A DNA stretch of 63,887 bases, filler included, from Choristocarpus tenellus KU-1152 (lineage: Eukaryota > Protista > Phaeophyceae): NCBI GenBank assembly GCA_964200185.2. It is 6 parts of 6 records of this genome, joined end to end, with 100 filler letters (N's around TTAATTAATTAA, not from the genome) between each part and the next. Parts side by side here need not be neighbours in the genome. Positions count along the whole stretch, not along the records: positions 25,523 to 35,385 come from CAXNAD020003322.1; positions 35,486 to 40,924 come from CAXNAD020010773.1; 4 more parts are not named here. One strand, given 5' to 3'. Each line of letters begins with the position of its first letter. Within the stretch, counting starts at the first letter, position 1. Below, one piece after another: positions 25,523 through 38,275 of this stretch. The notes under the pieces were generated by a model that saw only the letters and a program-made list of their open reading frames with translations, was not told where the DNA came from and did not search any database. A program made the translations under genes and the position numbers.

Positions 25523-25687
25523 GGTTTAGTTACTGCTCCTGCAAATGTCCTGCTCCCCTAGTGGCAGGTACAGCAATTGCTTTTCTCATTCCGTAAGCAA
25601 GAATCTTGGGGTCTCCAATCGATGGGCGTGCCCCCTTCAGGGACAAGTGTTGTGACGACTGCTCTAGGTCTATAGGCAGATTCTTGC

Positions 25688-25731
25688 GGCTCAGACTCAA
25701 GCTCAGGCTCAGACTCATGGCTCAGGTTCAT

Positions 25732-25762
<31 letters not shown>
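25688..25762 (+). repeat. Imperfect (GGCTCA)n hexamer microsatellite
   Basis: ggctcagactcaagctcaggctcagactcatggctcaggttcatggctcaggctcaggctcaggctcaggctcag. Confidence 0.9.
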
Positions 25763-27309
25763 CTGGGAACCTTCGAAGGACTCACACTGGTCTTAACCAA
25801 ACTAACTCGGATTTTTTTCCTAACTAATATTACTACACATACATAGATGTCCATTTGAGTTCGAATATGTGTATACTTCAATATGCATTTGATTGGATCA
25901 GGTATTTATTCTGGTGTATATCAACGAACACAGGAAGGAAGTGCAAGGGGGAGACAGTGATAAGCATTCACCACTGGAATGGGTTTTGAATGAAAAACAA
26001 ATTCATGGTTGACTGTTCTTTGGAACTAGAGAGCATAAAGACGACAGACCTCAAAAAGGAGGGAAGAACATCAGGAGTACATCAGGCCCTTCTTGCCTGG
26101 GTGGTCAGGGATTACCATCAATTGGTGGTTTCAAGAATATCTTTTTATTCACGTGTAAAAGGAGATTCTGTAAGAAACAATCTAAGGATGGAAGAGATTA
26201 CGTTTGTGTTCTGAAGAACAGAGGGTACGTATGGGTTAACGAACTAGAATATAGGAGAGTTCAGGAATAGGAAATATTGTAGCAACTAATCTGTGATTTG
26301 TTTGATTAGTGATTCAAAGAATAGGATTGATTTGGTGGCAAGGACCCCCTCCCTCTTTGGCCTTGAAGTTTCACTCCTCCTTTGTCCTTCCTTCACCTAC
26401 AACCAGTCCAACACAGTAAGGAATCATTCAAGTAACTTATATACATAAGTGTTGGGAGCATCAGCTTCCTAACAAGTGGAACCACCTAATAGTCCATGAA
26501 AGTGTCACAATACCAAAAAAAAATGCACTGTGTAGCCCTGTGTCCTGAACACTCACTATTAAAGCTACAATACATGTGTCCGTAGCTACCTCATCCAAGG
26601 TTCACCCGTCATACTTGGTATTGTAAGAATCCCAAATCTCTACCTGAATATGTTGACAAAACCTCTGAGAATCAAAGGATACGACCGTGGTTCAAAATGT
26701 AGCTTAAGTCCACCTAACCCAACACAGCAAGCAAAGCGTCTGCGGGCATTAATAAACCAAAGGACATCATAGACAGCACTGTATTTCCATCTACCCATAT
26801 TTTCATAATTTACTGTGTACCTCCAAGCAGTTGATAGTACTGTGAGAACTGAAAATTGCTACTGTCAAGAACAAGAATTACGTGTATGTGTTTTTGTATG
26901 ACCAAAATTGTTTTTCAAACTTCAAAAAAAAAGTATTTAGAACTCAATTCAGTTTTAGGGTCCAGTCACTCTTGTCTATATCCCAGTTCAAGAAACATTC
27001 GCTTCTGTTGGGATATCATTCTAAACTGGGGGCATACTGAAGAGAAAGTTGTCTCACAAGCATTTCGACATGTACAGTTGAGGGTTCAAAACCCATCATG
27101 TGTGAACTAACATACTCCTGATATGAAGAAATATCTCATGTTAATGTAAGGTATTAATTAAGGTAGTGACTACAACTTGCATATAACATGCCAGGACCAC
27201 GTCATAAGGACAGTGCCGACCAAAATGAATGTGTCTGTATAGTCCATGCCAATCAAAGGGCTACCAGATGTATGTAATACATATTACACATGCTGACAAA
27301 ATGTGGGTA

Positions 27310-27365
27310 CTAAGGATTTGTTTCATCATTAAAGGTGCTAAGGATTTGTTTCATCATTAAAGGTG
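27310..27365 (+). repeat. Perfect 28-bp tandem duplication
   Basis: ctaaggatttgtttcatcattaaaggtg occurs twice in tandem. Confidence 0.9.
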
Positions 27366-28476
27366 CTGCAGCACCGCAGTAAGAAAATAATGCCCCTACT
27401 ACAAAAACACAATAAATTGTTACCATATTATCAACTGTGTCAAGACGATTATGCAGTTGATAATCAATTGCTTTAGGCTTCCCTGTCAGTGTTTGATAGT
27501 GTCAAAATGATACAGTGAACAAGAAAACCATATTTCTGACTAGTGCTTGACAATGAGCTCGAAGTAACAGCATCTTTAAGTAAATACGCTACTTAAATCT
27601 ACACAAGTCCACAGGTGGGAGCACTGAAGAAGGGACCTACACACAGTGCCCAACCATTATATTGTTGTGAAATGAAGTAGTATGATTTTTTTCTTGGATA
27701 TATGGGTGCAAGCATGCTCTGCTGGAACTTCCTCACAATACCCGCCCTTGACATGCCTTTCAACTTCTGTTCACAACACTACCAACCATGTGGAAGGATA
27801 TCCACCACTATCCACTATGCAAGGGTACTATACCTTACCAAAACCTCACCTCACACACTGTGCACTATGCAGAGCAACACTATGTTGGTAAATCTCTTTC
27901 TAAAACAAATTACAATAATCAACAATGCAAATCCAATCTGGACACCCTACAGCTCTACAGTATGAAGCCCTGGGCAACTCTATCTCGCAGATCAAGCAAG
28001 GATCTCACAGCTAGTTAGCATCAATAATCTTGCAGTCAAGAGGGTAATGTCCTAACGTGTGCGTGCATCATGCATCTGATCATCTGATCATCTGATTCTT
28101 GGACCCCCTTGACTTTGGAGCAGAGCTGTGTAGCAGAAGATATCAAAGAGGCAATTTCATGCTCGCCATTAAAAATCACAGCGGGCAACATTTATTTGCA
28201 TGGCTACAGTTCTCACTCCTGCAATTTGAAAAAAGTTGTTGAGGGAACAGGCCAACCTACAGTATATACTCTAGTACTTTGTTGGACACAACTCAATTCC
28301 TACCTCAAGTATATTTATTATCAGGGTATAGCCATGCATGATTGGCCCAATGCTGTACTATGCAGCACAGGAATACGCTCCTTGAGAGCAATTGCGGCAT
28401 CACAGCCGCATATATCATATATCAGCATTGGCAAGAAAGAAACTCACCCTGTTAACCAAACCACCAAAAATGTGTC

Positions 28477-31400
28477 CTACCCTATTTCCTCACTCTCTGA
28501 CACACTTCCTTCACGTCCCTCAGACAAAATATCTTCACCACTACTTTGTAACCTATCCTTCTGCACCTCCTCAGCATCACTCTCATCGCAATCATCTCCC
28601 CCACTCATACTATCACTATCACTATCATCTGCGTGACCTGAAGCTGCACCAGCTTCAGCCCTAGCTCGCCTTCGCTCCAAGGTGGCGGCTGCCTTTTCTT
28701 CCCTAGCCTGCTTCTTGCGTGCAACATTACCCTCTTGCTCCTCACGTCGCTTGCGTTTAAGGTTGTCCTGGGCAGTCAACTTGGCACGCTGCATCTTGAT
28801 CTACAGTGTGCACAAAAAGGAAGAGATGTGGTCAACACAACAATAAATTAGCATGTATTTAACATGTGTCTTGTTCAGATAAAAAAAGAACCTTGTATCT
28901 TGTTTCTTGTGTGTTGCACAAATACTGAACATGATTTGAAAATCAATTGAGATTTGTCAGCACTCTCCTAATCATTTACACAGATAGGGCAAACCTCACG
29001 TGTGCTTTTTATTTTTAGTCTCTTTTGGGAACTTCGATATGTAACAAGGGGTCATCTCAGAACAAGCTTTTATTCTGTCGACATGATGCTGAGAGAGGAT
29101 CACACCTCTGTTGTCTAAAACCCTCTGGAAAGATGATTCTACACCCCTCAAGTAGAAGCCTCCTCCTGTAGAACCTGAAGCAAGGACTCTTTTACAAATA
29201 GGCAAAAGGACTTATGTGGTGCACTCTCTTGCACATCACACATCACACAGTGGACTAACCAAGAAAAAAAAGAATGTACACCATTTATTTGAGCAGGCAC
29301 AAAGAGTGCAGTATTTAGAGCACAGAGCAAAAGGCTGAGCAAGGACTAGTGTATGGTACAGCATACACATACCTCCTCCTTGGTCTTGGTGACATAGCTG
29401 TGGTAGAGCACCTCTCCCTCACACAAGCCCCTTTCCACCTTCATGAGCTCTAGTGTTAGTCGTGGCCCCAACTCTTGCAGGCGTATGGAACTAGAGTTTT
29501 GACACCAAACAAAAAATAACACATAATACATTATAATGTAACACATATTATAACCCCAAGAAAGCAACAGAGAGAAGCACATTGCAGTCAGAAGGGGATC
29601 AGGAGGTAGGCACGTGAAAGGGCTTTCTAAGGGGGAAGGGGTTGAGTGACCAGCAACCAAAGCAGCAATGATGTACATTCTTTTCTAACCTATACAGGAG
29701 CCTTGTGTGCTTGCCTGCAGATTGGTTTGACATTGACTTTGACAGATATTACTTTGACAAATAGGAGACGATAAACCTAAATAATGCACAGATTGGTGTG
29801 ACAAGACCTTTGCCCATTAAGGGAAACAAGAGGGTTCTCACATAACTCGTAACTAAAAAAGACAATAAAAAAAAAGATGAGGAAACTCGGTTCCAAGACA
29901 TATGTCAGTCCTTGCTCAAGTCAAGACACCTGATTTGTATGCACATAGCACACTACTGTGCACAATGCAGGTATGATCACGCTGAGAAGGTCAATTCCTC
30001 GCCCTCTAAATAGAGAGACTCTTTTACCAACGTCACACTAAACACATTTGAAAGCCTAATTTTTACGTAAAATTGTACCCTGGGGCTGAGTCTGGGATGA
30101 AAGAAATTGCTAAACACCTCAATAGTGACTCTTTAACACCAAATACGACTAAATCACACAAGGAGGCTAAGTACATGTACACTCACCACCAGGTCTGATC
30201 TGATCTAACTGGGAGTAGCAGTGGTGTAGATCGCAACATTGAACTTCCCATCCAGAGGTGGCATTTCAAAATGTTCAAATGTTCTACAGTGAGGTTTAGA
30301 ACTGAGACCTGTCCTCTGGCAATGTCTGGATAAAAACTTTGAGAATACATAGTTTATGCACTACAAAAACATTTATATGAACTACTCCCCACATATTTTA
30401 AGTGATTAATACCAAATACAGGTTGTATCAAATACATCAACTCAAGTATCATTGGAAAGCTCTAACCTAGGCAGACAACACAATGGATCCCCCAAATACA
30501 TTTCAGATCACTATATGTATGATGTTATTCTGGGCTGAATAGTAGGTTATTGTTGGGTGTTTAAAATCTGATCAACACCCATTCAGGAAATGGTTTTGAT
30601 TCCAGATTGAGACCAACCACACGAAGGCACAAATAACATTTTTAAAAAATCATATAAGCACACTATTAAAAACAGAGAAAAAAAAAGACAAACCTGCTCC
30701 TCTGTGGAGGATGTTTAGATACCATTTAGTTAAGTTAGCTTGAATACGAGAAGTTAGACCACAGATCTCTGCTTTGAAAATAGTGTTGAAAGAAAATAAA
30801 TCTAAGATGCTATCTATACCCAATTCCTTAACCTTTTTCTCTGAACAAAAGCTTTGATTTCCTATACAGCAACCTGTGGTCACCCATTTGGTGCTCCAAA
30901 GTTTGGGGAGTAGAATATATCTTGTACTATTTTGTCCTTCTGTCCATACTGGTAGCTATCAACCATGCAGCACATATTTAATAATAAATAGCCCTTTACA
31001 TGTTGATATATCATTGGAGAAAAGTGGAATAATATATACAAATTTTACACACGAAATATACACAACCACCAAAATATCATTTGAAGACTAGAATCATCAA
31101 TGGTAGGTGTGCTATCATCTTGGGAGGATTCAGGACAAATCTGCCCAAATGTCTCAATAATCTCATAATCAAAATCTAAGGTTGAATTTTGAATCTCCTG
31201 TCAATAGTTGTTCACATGGTTCTTGTGTCAACTTCAAAATCCTACTTGTTATGTATTTTCCCTAACACTATGGCAAAAATTGTGCTGCATGGGGCATAGT
31301 TTCCACACAACAAGATGGATGAATACCATCAAATATCATCAACTAGGGTTTGCATTGTCAAGATTAAGACATGCTCATCTCACTGCCCAATGGAAGGACT

Positions 31401-33082
31401 AGACAATACCAGTACACTCTCAGCGGACATCAAGATCCTTACCTCTCTTGAAAGGCCCCCATTGGCAGAGTGGAGCTCTGGCAACATGAACAGAGTAGAC
31501 AGTAGTCTGGAATGAACACATCATGCTCACCTCTTCTGCGCCTTAACATTGCCCCTACCAAGGTAGTTGTCAGGCAGAGTGACCTTGGACTCCTCATCCT
31601 CCATTTCACTATCCGATGCTGCTCCAAGTCCACCCCCTTCCACATACTCACTAATGTCCTCAAGGGAGTGAAGGTCGGGCACCTTGGCCTGGACCACCTG
31701 CTCCAACAACACAATAAGCTCAGAATCTCATTGCAACCTCAATGACATGAACAATCCATAGCCCACGCCTCCTACACATGATAGCCTGGTAAGTTGGAAG
31801 ATAAATGGAAGCATAGCAAAATGTCTGTATGCCAAGAGAGTAACTCATATGTCCTTAAGCAAAGATAAAATCCAATGTAACTAGATGAACACTCATGACA
31901 CTTGGCTAGATGAGTCACACCAAACCCATCAAGGAGTTATATACTGTAACTGTGCAACGATGCTTTAAATCCCATCCAGACAGCATAATGGGAAAAGCTA
32001 TGAGGGCTATAAACACAACCAATTTTTATGTCAGAATTGGTGCTGAAATACAGCATGGGGTGCCTGAGCTGTAAATGCTCAAGGCCACTCACCTTTTTGA
32101 TGGCCTTGGTCATGTCAGAGGGTGTAGCTCTAATAGAGAAATGACGCATCTCCACTGTCCCAGTGACCTTATCGTAATTGAACATCACTACACGTCGACA
32201 ATCCGAGAGCTTTACCGTGGCAACGTTGATGGCCGGAAACATGTTTTGAAGGGTGACCTTCATCAGCTTCACTTGCGAAGGAGCCTGTGTATCGCCAAAA
32301 TTGTTCAGGACTACCTGGGGCATAACGTACAAAAAAAGTGGAAAGCTAACACACGTTACGACGAAAGAAAGTTAGGTCAGCCTTGGAAAGCTTGTTAGGG
32401 TCCTAGTGTTTGTTGAGGATGTTTCTACACATGCCTTGCCTGTTGGTGCTGACCAAATGTTTTGACGCCCTAACCCAACTAATTCCACCAACAAATAGCG
32501 CTATACAAACCTACCAATGGAGACGTTATGTATGCCCGACTGAAATCCAGCGGCCGCTTCTGCAGAGCCCTGACATGCCTCATCAGCGAGAACTGCACCA
32601 CCTTGAAGGTGAGAGTGGGTCCTGAGGGTGTGCGACATACGCGAAAGTTGAGACTTCGCTCTGTCTGTGTAAAGACTAACAGGTGGGTCACACCCAGCAC
32701 GCTTGACACCGACACATAGTCCTTGACAGTATTCTTCGCCCGTTCTCGGAGCTTGCGTGCAGTATTCGGCTCCATCACTCTTCGCATCTCCTCCACCAAA
32801 TCGGCAACATGAGAGTGCACCTTCCCTTTTTTTAAGACGAAACTTCGGGGAACCTTTTCCGCAAGATCACTGTCGGCGGCACCTGCAGCGCCTGGTGGCG
32901 GTCCCACGACATGTGTACGTGTTTTTTTCTGCAGATTGAGGTAAGGGTTGGATGTAGTATATTCAGATTGAAGAAGATTGACTTCGACGAAAGAAAGGTT
33001 CGTCCTATCTTGGTAGCGGCATCGAAAAAGTAAAACACAAATTAATAGGTGCACTTACTCTACGTCCTCCCTTGTGAGGCAT
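28477..33082 (-). CDS. PPAN: Peter Pan/Ssf1 Brix-domain ribosome biogenesis factor; exons 33082-33059, 32928-32515, 32314-32093, 31697-31531, 29490-29373, 28800-28477 (3' end may splice further)
   Basis: MPHKGGRR/KKTRTH...VPRSFV...MRRVMEPNTARKLRERAKNTVKDYVSVSSVLGVTHLLVF...RTPSGPTLTF; VVLNNF...LQNMFPAINVATVKLSDCRRVVMF...EMRHFSI; IRLQELGPRLTLELMKVERGLCEGEVLYH. GT-AG introns keep the frame. Confidence 0.93.
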
Positions 33083-33779
33083 TGTACAATCGATTCCCTG
33101 AGCAACCAGGAGACTCAAACCTTATTTAGGATTGTTGTGGGTGGATGTGGTCTGTACACTGGCTATCAGTGTAACGCCTCTGAAGGTGAATTCACTCCAT
33201 TCAATCTATAAATAAAGAGATGTCAATTCTTCAAGGGTTCAGAAGACAAAGGTGAACCTGCGAATCTGGTTGACACTTTTTCACTTTGTATGTGGAAAGG
33301 AAAATCAAATTTGCGTACACTTTGCGCACAAAGCACAGTAAAATAATGTGTATTGCTCAGGCTAATAAAGATGGCTTAGAATGCAACAGGGCCCAAAACC
33401 TGCCTACCTCTCAGTTGGTTTGGGTCAGAACGAGGCCCCCGTGAAGGAGGCGGAGGGAAAAAATGAGACAAGAAAAAACTTGTGGTTGGGGAAAGTAAAG
33501 GAGAGGGAGGACTGAGATGCATGGCGTTTGGGGAGGCACCCTTCTTGAATCAACAGAGACCTGCACCAACAATGCAAAATGGATTTCTGCCATCCCAGCG
33601 ACCTGTACCCAATGAATGGGGTGGTCTGCACCCATAAGTTGATCTCCAGGAGGAAACCTACGTTCGACCCTCCAGGATTCATTCCAGTATGAATGCACAG
33701 ATCTGCCCCGTGGAAATAGCATGTTGAACAGGAGAGAGAAGTCATTCTCTCATTTCTTGCTACTGGTGCTCATCGTCCC

Positions 33780-35030
33780 ATTTGTGAGGGACTGAAGAGA
33801 TCTGCTTCAAGAAGCAGAATGGCATCACTTTCTACAAGTACTGAGTTTCCACAAAGCCCAGTTGCCCTGCATTGACACGATTGCAATATCAACATGAAAA
33901 CAACTACCAAGTCAGTGGACCTGGAGCTGGAGCTCCACTTAATACACTCTACCTGCAGTGACCACAGCACTGGAGGTGCTGTGGTTGGTGTAAGTCCTCT
34001 CAAAAGTGGACCTCATGCTCTGATCCTCTTCTAGGGATATCTCCTATTCAGGACCTACAGTATCCTGGAGTATTAATAATGTATGTGAGGTTCATGAGAA
34101 TATGTGGCGTACTCCTGGTCAATAGACTACAGTTCGGGTGGCATGACATTTCTGGAGGGTGATGGTCAATCAGGTTTGTGTCTTAATTATTGTAATCTTG
34201 AGGTAGAAAATATTAGTGGACTTGATGGAGGCCTAGAGTACATAACATTTTTTTTCGCAGTGTGTCCCCTCTTGAAGTAGTGGGTACAAACTACCCCATA
34301 CTGTGCATTGCTTGTAACTACTCCAGCATTAGAGTAATATCATAACTACATTTTTCTCCTCAATGTTACTACCTCTGGGTGGGAAGCTAGTATTGATTTA
34401 GATTGGCGGAAATGTAGCAAAGGCTTGGGTCAATACATAATGTGACTCTTGTTTGCACCTTTCGGACAGGAGACTTGTCCAAGTCATAGAGGTAGTACTT
34501 CTGATTGTTCCGGCAGACGAAAAAACCTTTCTCATCCACACGGATGAAGCCTACTAAATGGTGGAAGCTCTTCGAGCCTCCTGGGTGACCAAGGAATTTG
34601 CCCAGAGCTCGACCTTTGTAACTTGCACTCATCAGTAAGTAACGACTTTAGATAGGTTGAACATGCCATAAAGCTAAGCTTGTTGTTGTCATATAGAGGA
34701 GACCGCAAAATACTGAGCTGTCAGTGCATGCTGTGTTGTGCGCTTTTTTATGGAAATAATTTTGAGGGCATCTCATAGGTCATAGACATTTTTGGTCCTT
34801 TGTAACTAGAATTCTCCTTCCACGTCCAACCATGTTTAAGATCCACCAGCATCCTTCTGGGTCTTGTAGTCCTTCCAAATTCTTGAGATGGTCTAAGTAT
34901 TGCTCTGAAACATCTTGACAACTCGCTTTATGTCATCATGATGGGAGCCCTTCTTGTTGCGTTAAAGCAGCTCTGCAATCAGTGCCCTTTCTTCAACAAG
35001 GGTCAGATTATTTTTCTCTGATAATCTCAT
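33780..35030 (-). mobile_element. Decayed Tc1/mariner-superfamily (plant-type DD39D-like) transposase relic
   Basis: FIRVDEKGFFVCRNNQKYYLYDLDKSPVRKVQTR (34447-34550) resembles the 'HIDEKWF..T...KYYL...E..P.R' segment. An N-terminal HTH-like remnant LTLVEERALIAELL...TISRIWKDY lies near 34870-35010. Many stops; no TIRs identified. Confidence 0.6.
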
Positions 35031-35350
35031 ACATCTTTTGACCAATGTGTATTTCCTGTGTGTGACTGGAAGAGCTCTGACCGGGGATTTCAAATCGAGG
35101 TCTTGATTTCACCCTTCTTTGGGGTCCTCAACCTTCCCCAAACAACAATCACAAATAGGTGACATTTGAACTCACCAATTAGAATGCACTCTTCATGATG
35201 GTGAAATCGATTTGAAAAAGTTCGTTGGTGGGAGGAAGTTACAGATGTAATGCCCAACCAAACCAATGCTAGATTGCTACTCAGAGGTCATACATCGTTT
35301 CTCTTTTGACTTCCTGCTTTGCCTTACACCCAGGGTATATCGACAGTGTT

Positions 35351-35385
35351 GACCCAAAGTAGCTGGGGGGGGGGGGAGGGGGGGG
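35351..35385 (+). mobile_element. Left end of G-run MITE (GACCCAAAGTAGCTGGGG...), cut by contig end
   Basis: Near-identical terminus to the complete copy at 39659. Confidence 0.65.
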
Positions 35386-35485
35386 NNNNNNNNNNNNNNN
35401 NNNNNNNNNNNNNNNNNNNNNNNNNNNNNTTAATTAATTAANNNNNNNNNNNNNNNNNNNNNNNNNNNNNNNNNNNNNNNNNNNN
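35386..35485. other. Artificial contig linker
   Basis: N44-TTAATTAATTAA-N44. Confidence 0.98.
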
Positions 35486-35519
35486 GTAGACCCCTCCCCC
35501 CCCCCAGATACTTTGGGTC
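35486..35519 (+). mobile_element. Right end of G-run MITE (...CCCCCAGATACTTTGGGTC)
   Basis: Reverse complement of the 39659 left terminus. Confidence 0.65.
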
Positions 35520-35600
35520 TGATTTAGCGCCTTTGGCGGGTGTTGCGGCTATCATCCGTTCACGTAGCATATGTATTAGCATGTGGCTGAGACATGATAG

Positions 35601-36701
35601 TGTACACACCACCTGTCAATGCTGGTAATACCAGCATTTTCAGATTCGATGCCCTGTATTCATTACCTTTAGAACCGTGCACACACCACCTGTCAATGTT
35701 GGTAATACTAGCATTTTCAGATTCGATGCCCTGTAATTATTTGCGTTTCCAACCGTGTACACACCACCTGTCAATTGAATGCGGGTAATACCTACATTTG
35801 AGCCAAAGTATCTTAGAGGGTAGGGGCACGTCCATTTGGGGGCCAAAATCCAATGTTGTGATTTTGATGTGATTTTGGCTATCGCGTTTGTTAGGAAGTG
35901 TCAATAATATCCTTGTTCCAGGCGCACCTTTTCATAAAGTATACATTTACCTACTCCGAAACATTTTGGAGTAGGAAAATGTCATAATAAAACCCATGGG
36001 AAGCCAAGCCCCAAATGGACAAACAGGGCAAAACTCGGACCCTCTAAGATACTTTCACTCATTTTCAAATTCAGTACCCTGTATTTGTAACCTTTACAAC
36101 CGTGTACACACCACCTGTCAATGCTGGTAACACCTGCATTTTCAAATTCAGTACCCTGTATTTGTAACCTTTACAACCGTGTACACACCACCTGTCAATG
36201 TTGGTAATACCAGCATTTTCAGATTCGACGCCCTGTGATTATTTAGCTTTTCAACCGTGTACACACCACCTGTCAATGCTGGTAACACTGGCATTTCCAG
36301 ATTCGATGCCCTGTAATTATTTGCGTTTCCAACCGTGTACACACCACTTGTCAATGCTGGTAACACCTGCATTTTCAAATTCAGTACCCTGTATTTGTAA
36401 CCTTTACAACCGTGTACACACCACCTGTCAATGTTAGTGATACCAGCATTTTCAGATTCGATGTCCTGCATTTATTTGCGTTTCCAACCGTGTACATACC
36501 ACCTGTCTGCAGTGGTCATACCAGCATTTCCAAATTCAATACCCTGTATTCGTTAGCTTTATTATAACCGTGTACTCACGAGCTTCATTTGGTGGTGTCA
36601 CCAACACTTTCAAATCCGACGCCCTGTTATTATTTGCGTTTTCAACCGTGTACACACCAGGTGTCAGCAGTGGTAACACCGGCATTTTCAGATTCGATGC
36701 T
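35601..36701. repeat. Tandem array of ~11 units of 77-80 bp with an internal hairpin, interrupted by a MITE
   Basis: Unit TGTACACACCACCTGTCAATGCTGGTAATACCAGCATTTTCAGATTCGATGCCCTGT...AACCG starts at 35601, 35678, 35756, 36103, 36180, 36258, 36336, 36413, 36491, 36571 and ~36648. The AATGCTGGT-AAT-ACCAGCATT palindrome is perfect in unit 1 and imperfect in the others. Confidence 0.93.
35800..36060 (+). mobile_element. 261-bp MITE with TIR GAG(C/T)(C/G)AAAGTATCTTAGAGGGT and 4-bp TSD ATTT
   Basis: Left end GAGCCAAAGTATCTTAGAGGGT, right end ACCCTCTAAGATACTTTCACTC. Removing it plus one ATTT restores array unit 3. Confidence 0.88.
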
Positions 36702-36948
36702 CTATGTTCGAGGGCACGAGTTTTTCGTTGGTTGTCCTTTGGGGCTTGACTGCCCACGGGTTTTCAAGGACATTGTACTTGTTCCAAAATGTTTTGTAGA
36801 AGTGCAATGTCTACACTATGGAAAGGAGTGTTCGGGAAAAGGACACTGACACTTCCAAACAATAATCATGGCAAGAATGACAGCAAAAATGCAACATTTG
36901 AATTCGGCCGCCAAATGGACGCGGCCCTACCACTAAGATATTTCGACC
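36702..36948 (-). mobile_element. Older, inverted copy of the same MITE, bounding the array
   Basis: Reverse-complement matches to the internal segments ggggcttg..cccacgggtttt and ccaaatggacg..ccctacc.ctaagata. Confidence 0.72.
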
Positions 36949-37294
36949 AGCACCCATGATACCAACCCTAGCCCTGACCAAAATAAATCACCTACATTTC
37001 AACATTAATCCCAATCCGCAATTTACAGATTTCACCTCGCATCGAAGACATCAACGTAGAATCTATAAATGAATACAGAGAATTCGACTGAACCTTTTTC
37101 GGAAATTGGAACATGTGTTGCTGTCACATTTGTTGGGAGTAATCAGACAACTGATCTGAAATAGAAGCAAGATTCCATGATGCAATTTCACGCACCACAA
37201 CATCCGTCTGTCCAGGATGACGTGGTAACACCTTCGATACGCACGTGTAAGGGCTCCGATACCATTGGAATAATTCCGATAAGGTTCGTATCGG

Positions 37295-37927
37295 AAATGG
37301 ACATACACACCCCTCAACCGTCTTGTCGCGCTCTGGAATTTGATGGCCTTTACCGTTCGACAGAATACATCAAATTCATTCATTACTATCAGCCTTGTGC
37401 CAAGCACAAACCTGCGCATGGTTGCCCTCCCGATATCCAACCCAGGTCAGAGTGTAAATTCCTTTCATCTTCATCTTTCACTTTCGCGGTTCGACGTAAT
37501 GTTTTCCTGCTCAGGTTGTTACTATTTCAAATGGACACACACACCACCAACCGTCTTGCCGTGCTTTGGAAATTGATGGCCTTTACCGTTCGTCAGAACA
37601 CATGAAACCCATTCATCACTGGCTGCCATATGTCAAGCATAAACCTGTGCGTGGTTGCCCTCCATACATCTAACCCAGGTCGGCGCGTAAATTTCTTTCA
37701 TGTTCACCTTTCACTTTCGAGATTCGACGTAATGTTTTCCTGCTCAGGATTACTATTTCAAATCGACACACACACACACCAACAGTCTTGCCACGCTTTG
37801 GATATTGATGGCGTCTACCATTCGACAGAACACATGAAATTCATTCATTATTGCCTGCCCTATGTCAAGCACAAACCTGTGCATGATTGCCTTCACAAGT
37901 TGTCACCTTGGTCGGCGCGTAAATCCT
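37295..37927 (+). repeat. ~2.7 tandem copies of a 231-234-bp unit
   Basis: Units start aaatggacatacacacc (37295), aaatggacacacacacc (37529) and aaatcgacacacacac (37760). All share ttgatggc..taccrttcg.cagaa.acat.aaa and caagca.aaacctg. Confidence 0.88.
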
Positions 37928-38275
37928 TCCAGACTGCGTCCGGTATTGGTGCGTACTCTTGTTCAATATTCATCCCATGTCGACCGGGTTAATAGTTTCA
38001 TATTTTTAAGTAAATAGTGGCCTTCGAGGAAAGCGTTACGCCGTCCTCATGGCCACGACATTGCTACGCCCTTTTCATATCGCGTTTGCATAGCCCACGC
38101 ATGGACACGAACCCTGCACTCCGTACAGATCCGGCATCATTAATCACATAGTCCTTCACTGTTCGTATAAAGACACCCTTGCTGTGCGCGGCTAACCATA
38201 GCACCCACCCCTACGTCGATATCCTTCTCCTTTGCTGATACCATTGTCCTAACATTTTTCCCTCTACCTTAACAG

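Noticed and set aside
35601-36701. CRISPR array
   Set aside because: There are no unique spacers: the variable tails recur as two types and whole units are homologous. No cas genes are present and the context is eukaryotic.
36148-36757. ORFs made of ~26-aa repeats
   Set aside because: By-products of the 77/78-bp array; the 77-bp units shift the frame, so coding is not maintained.
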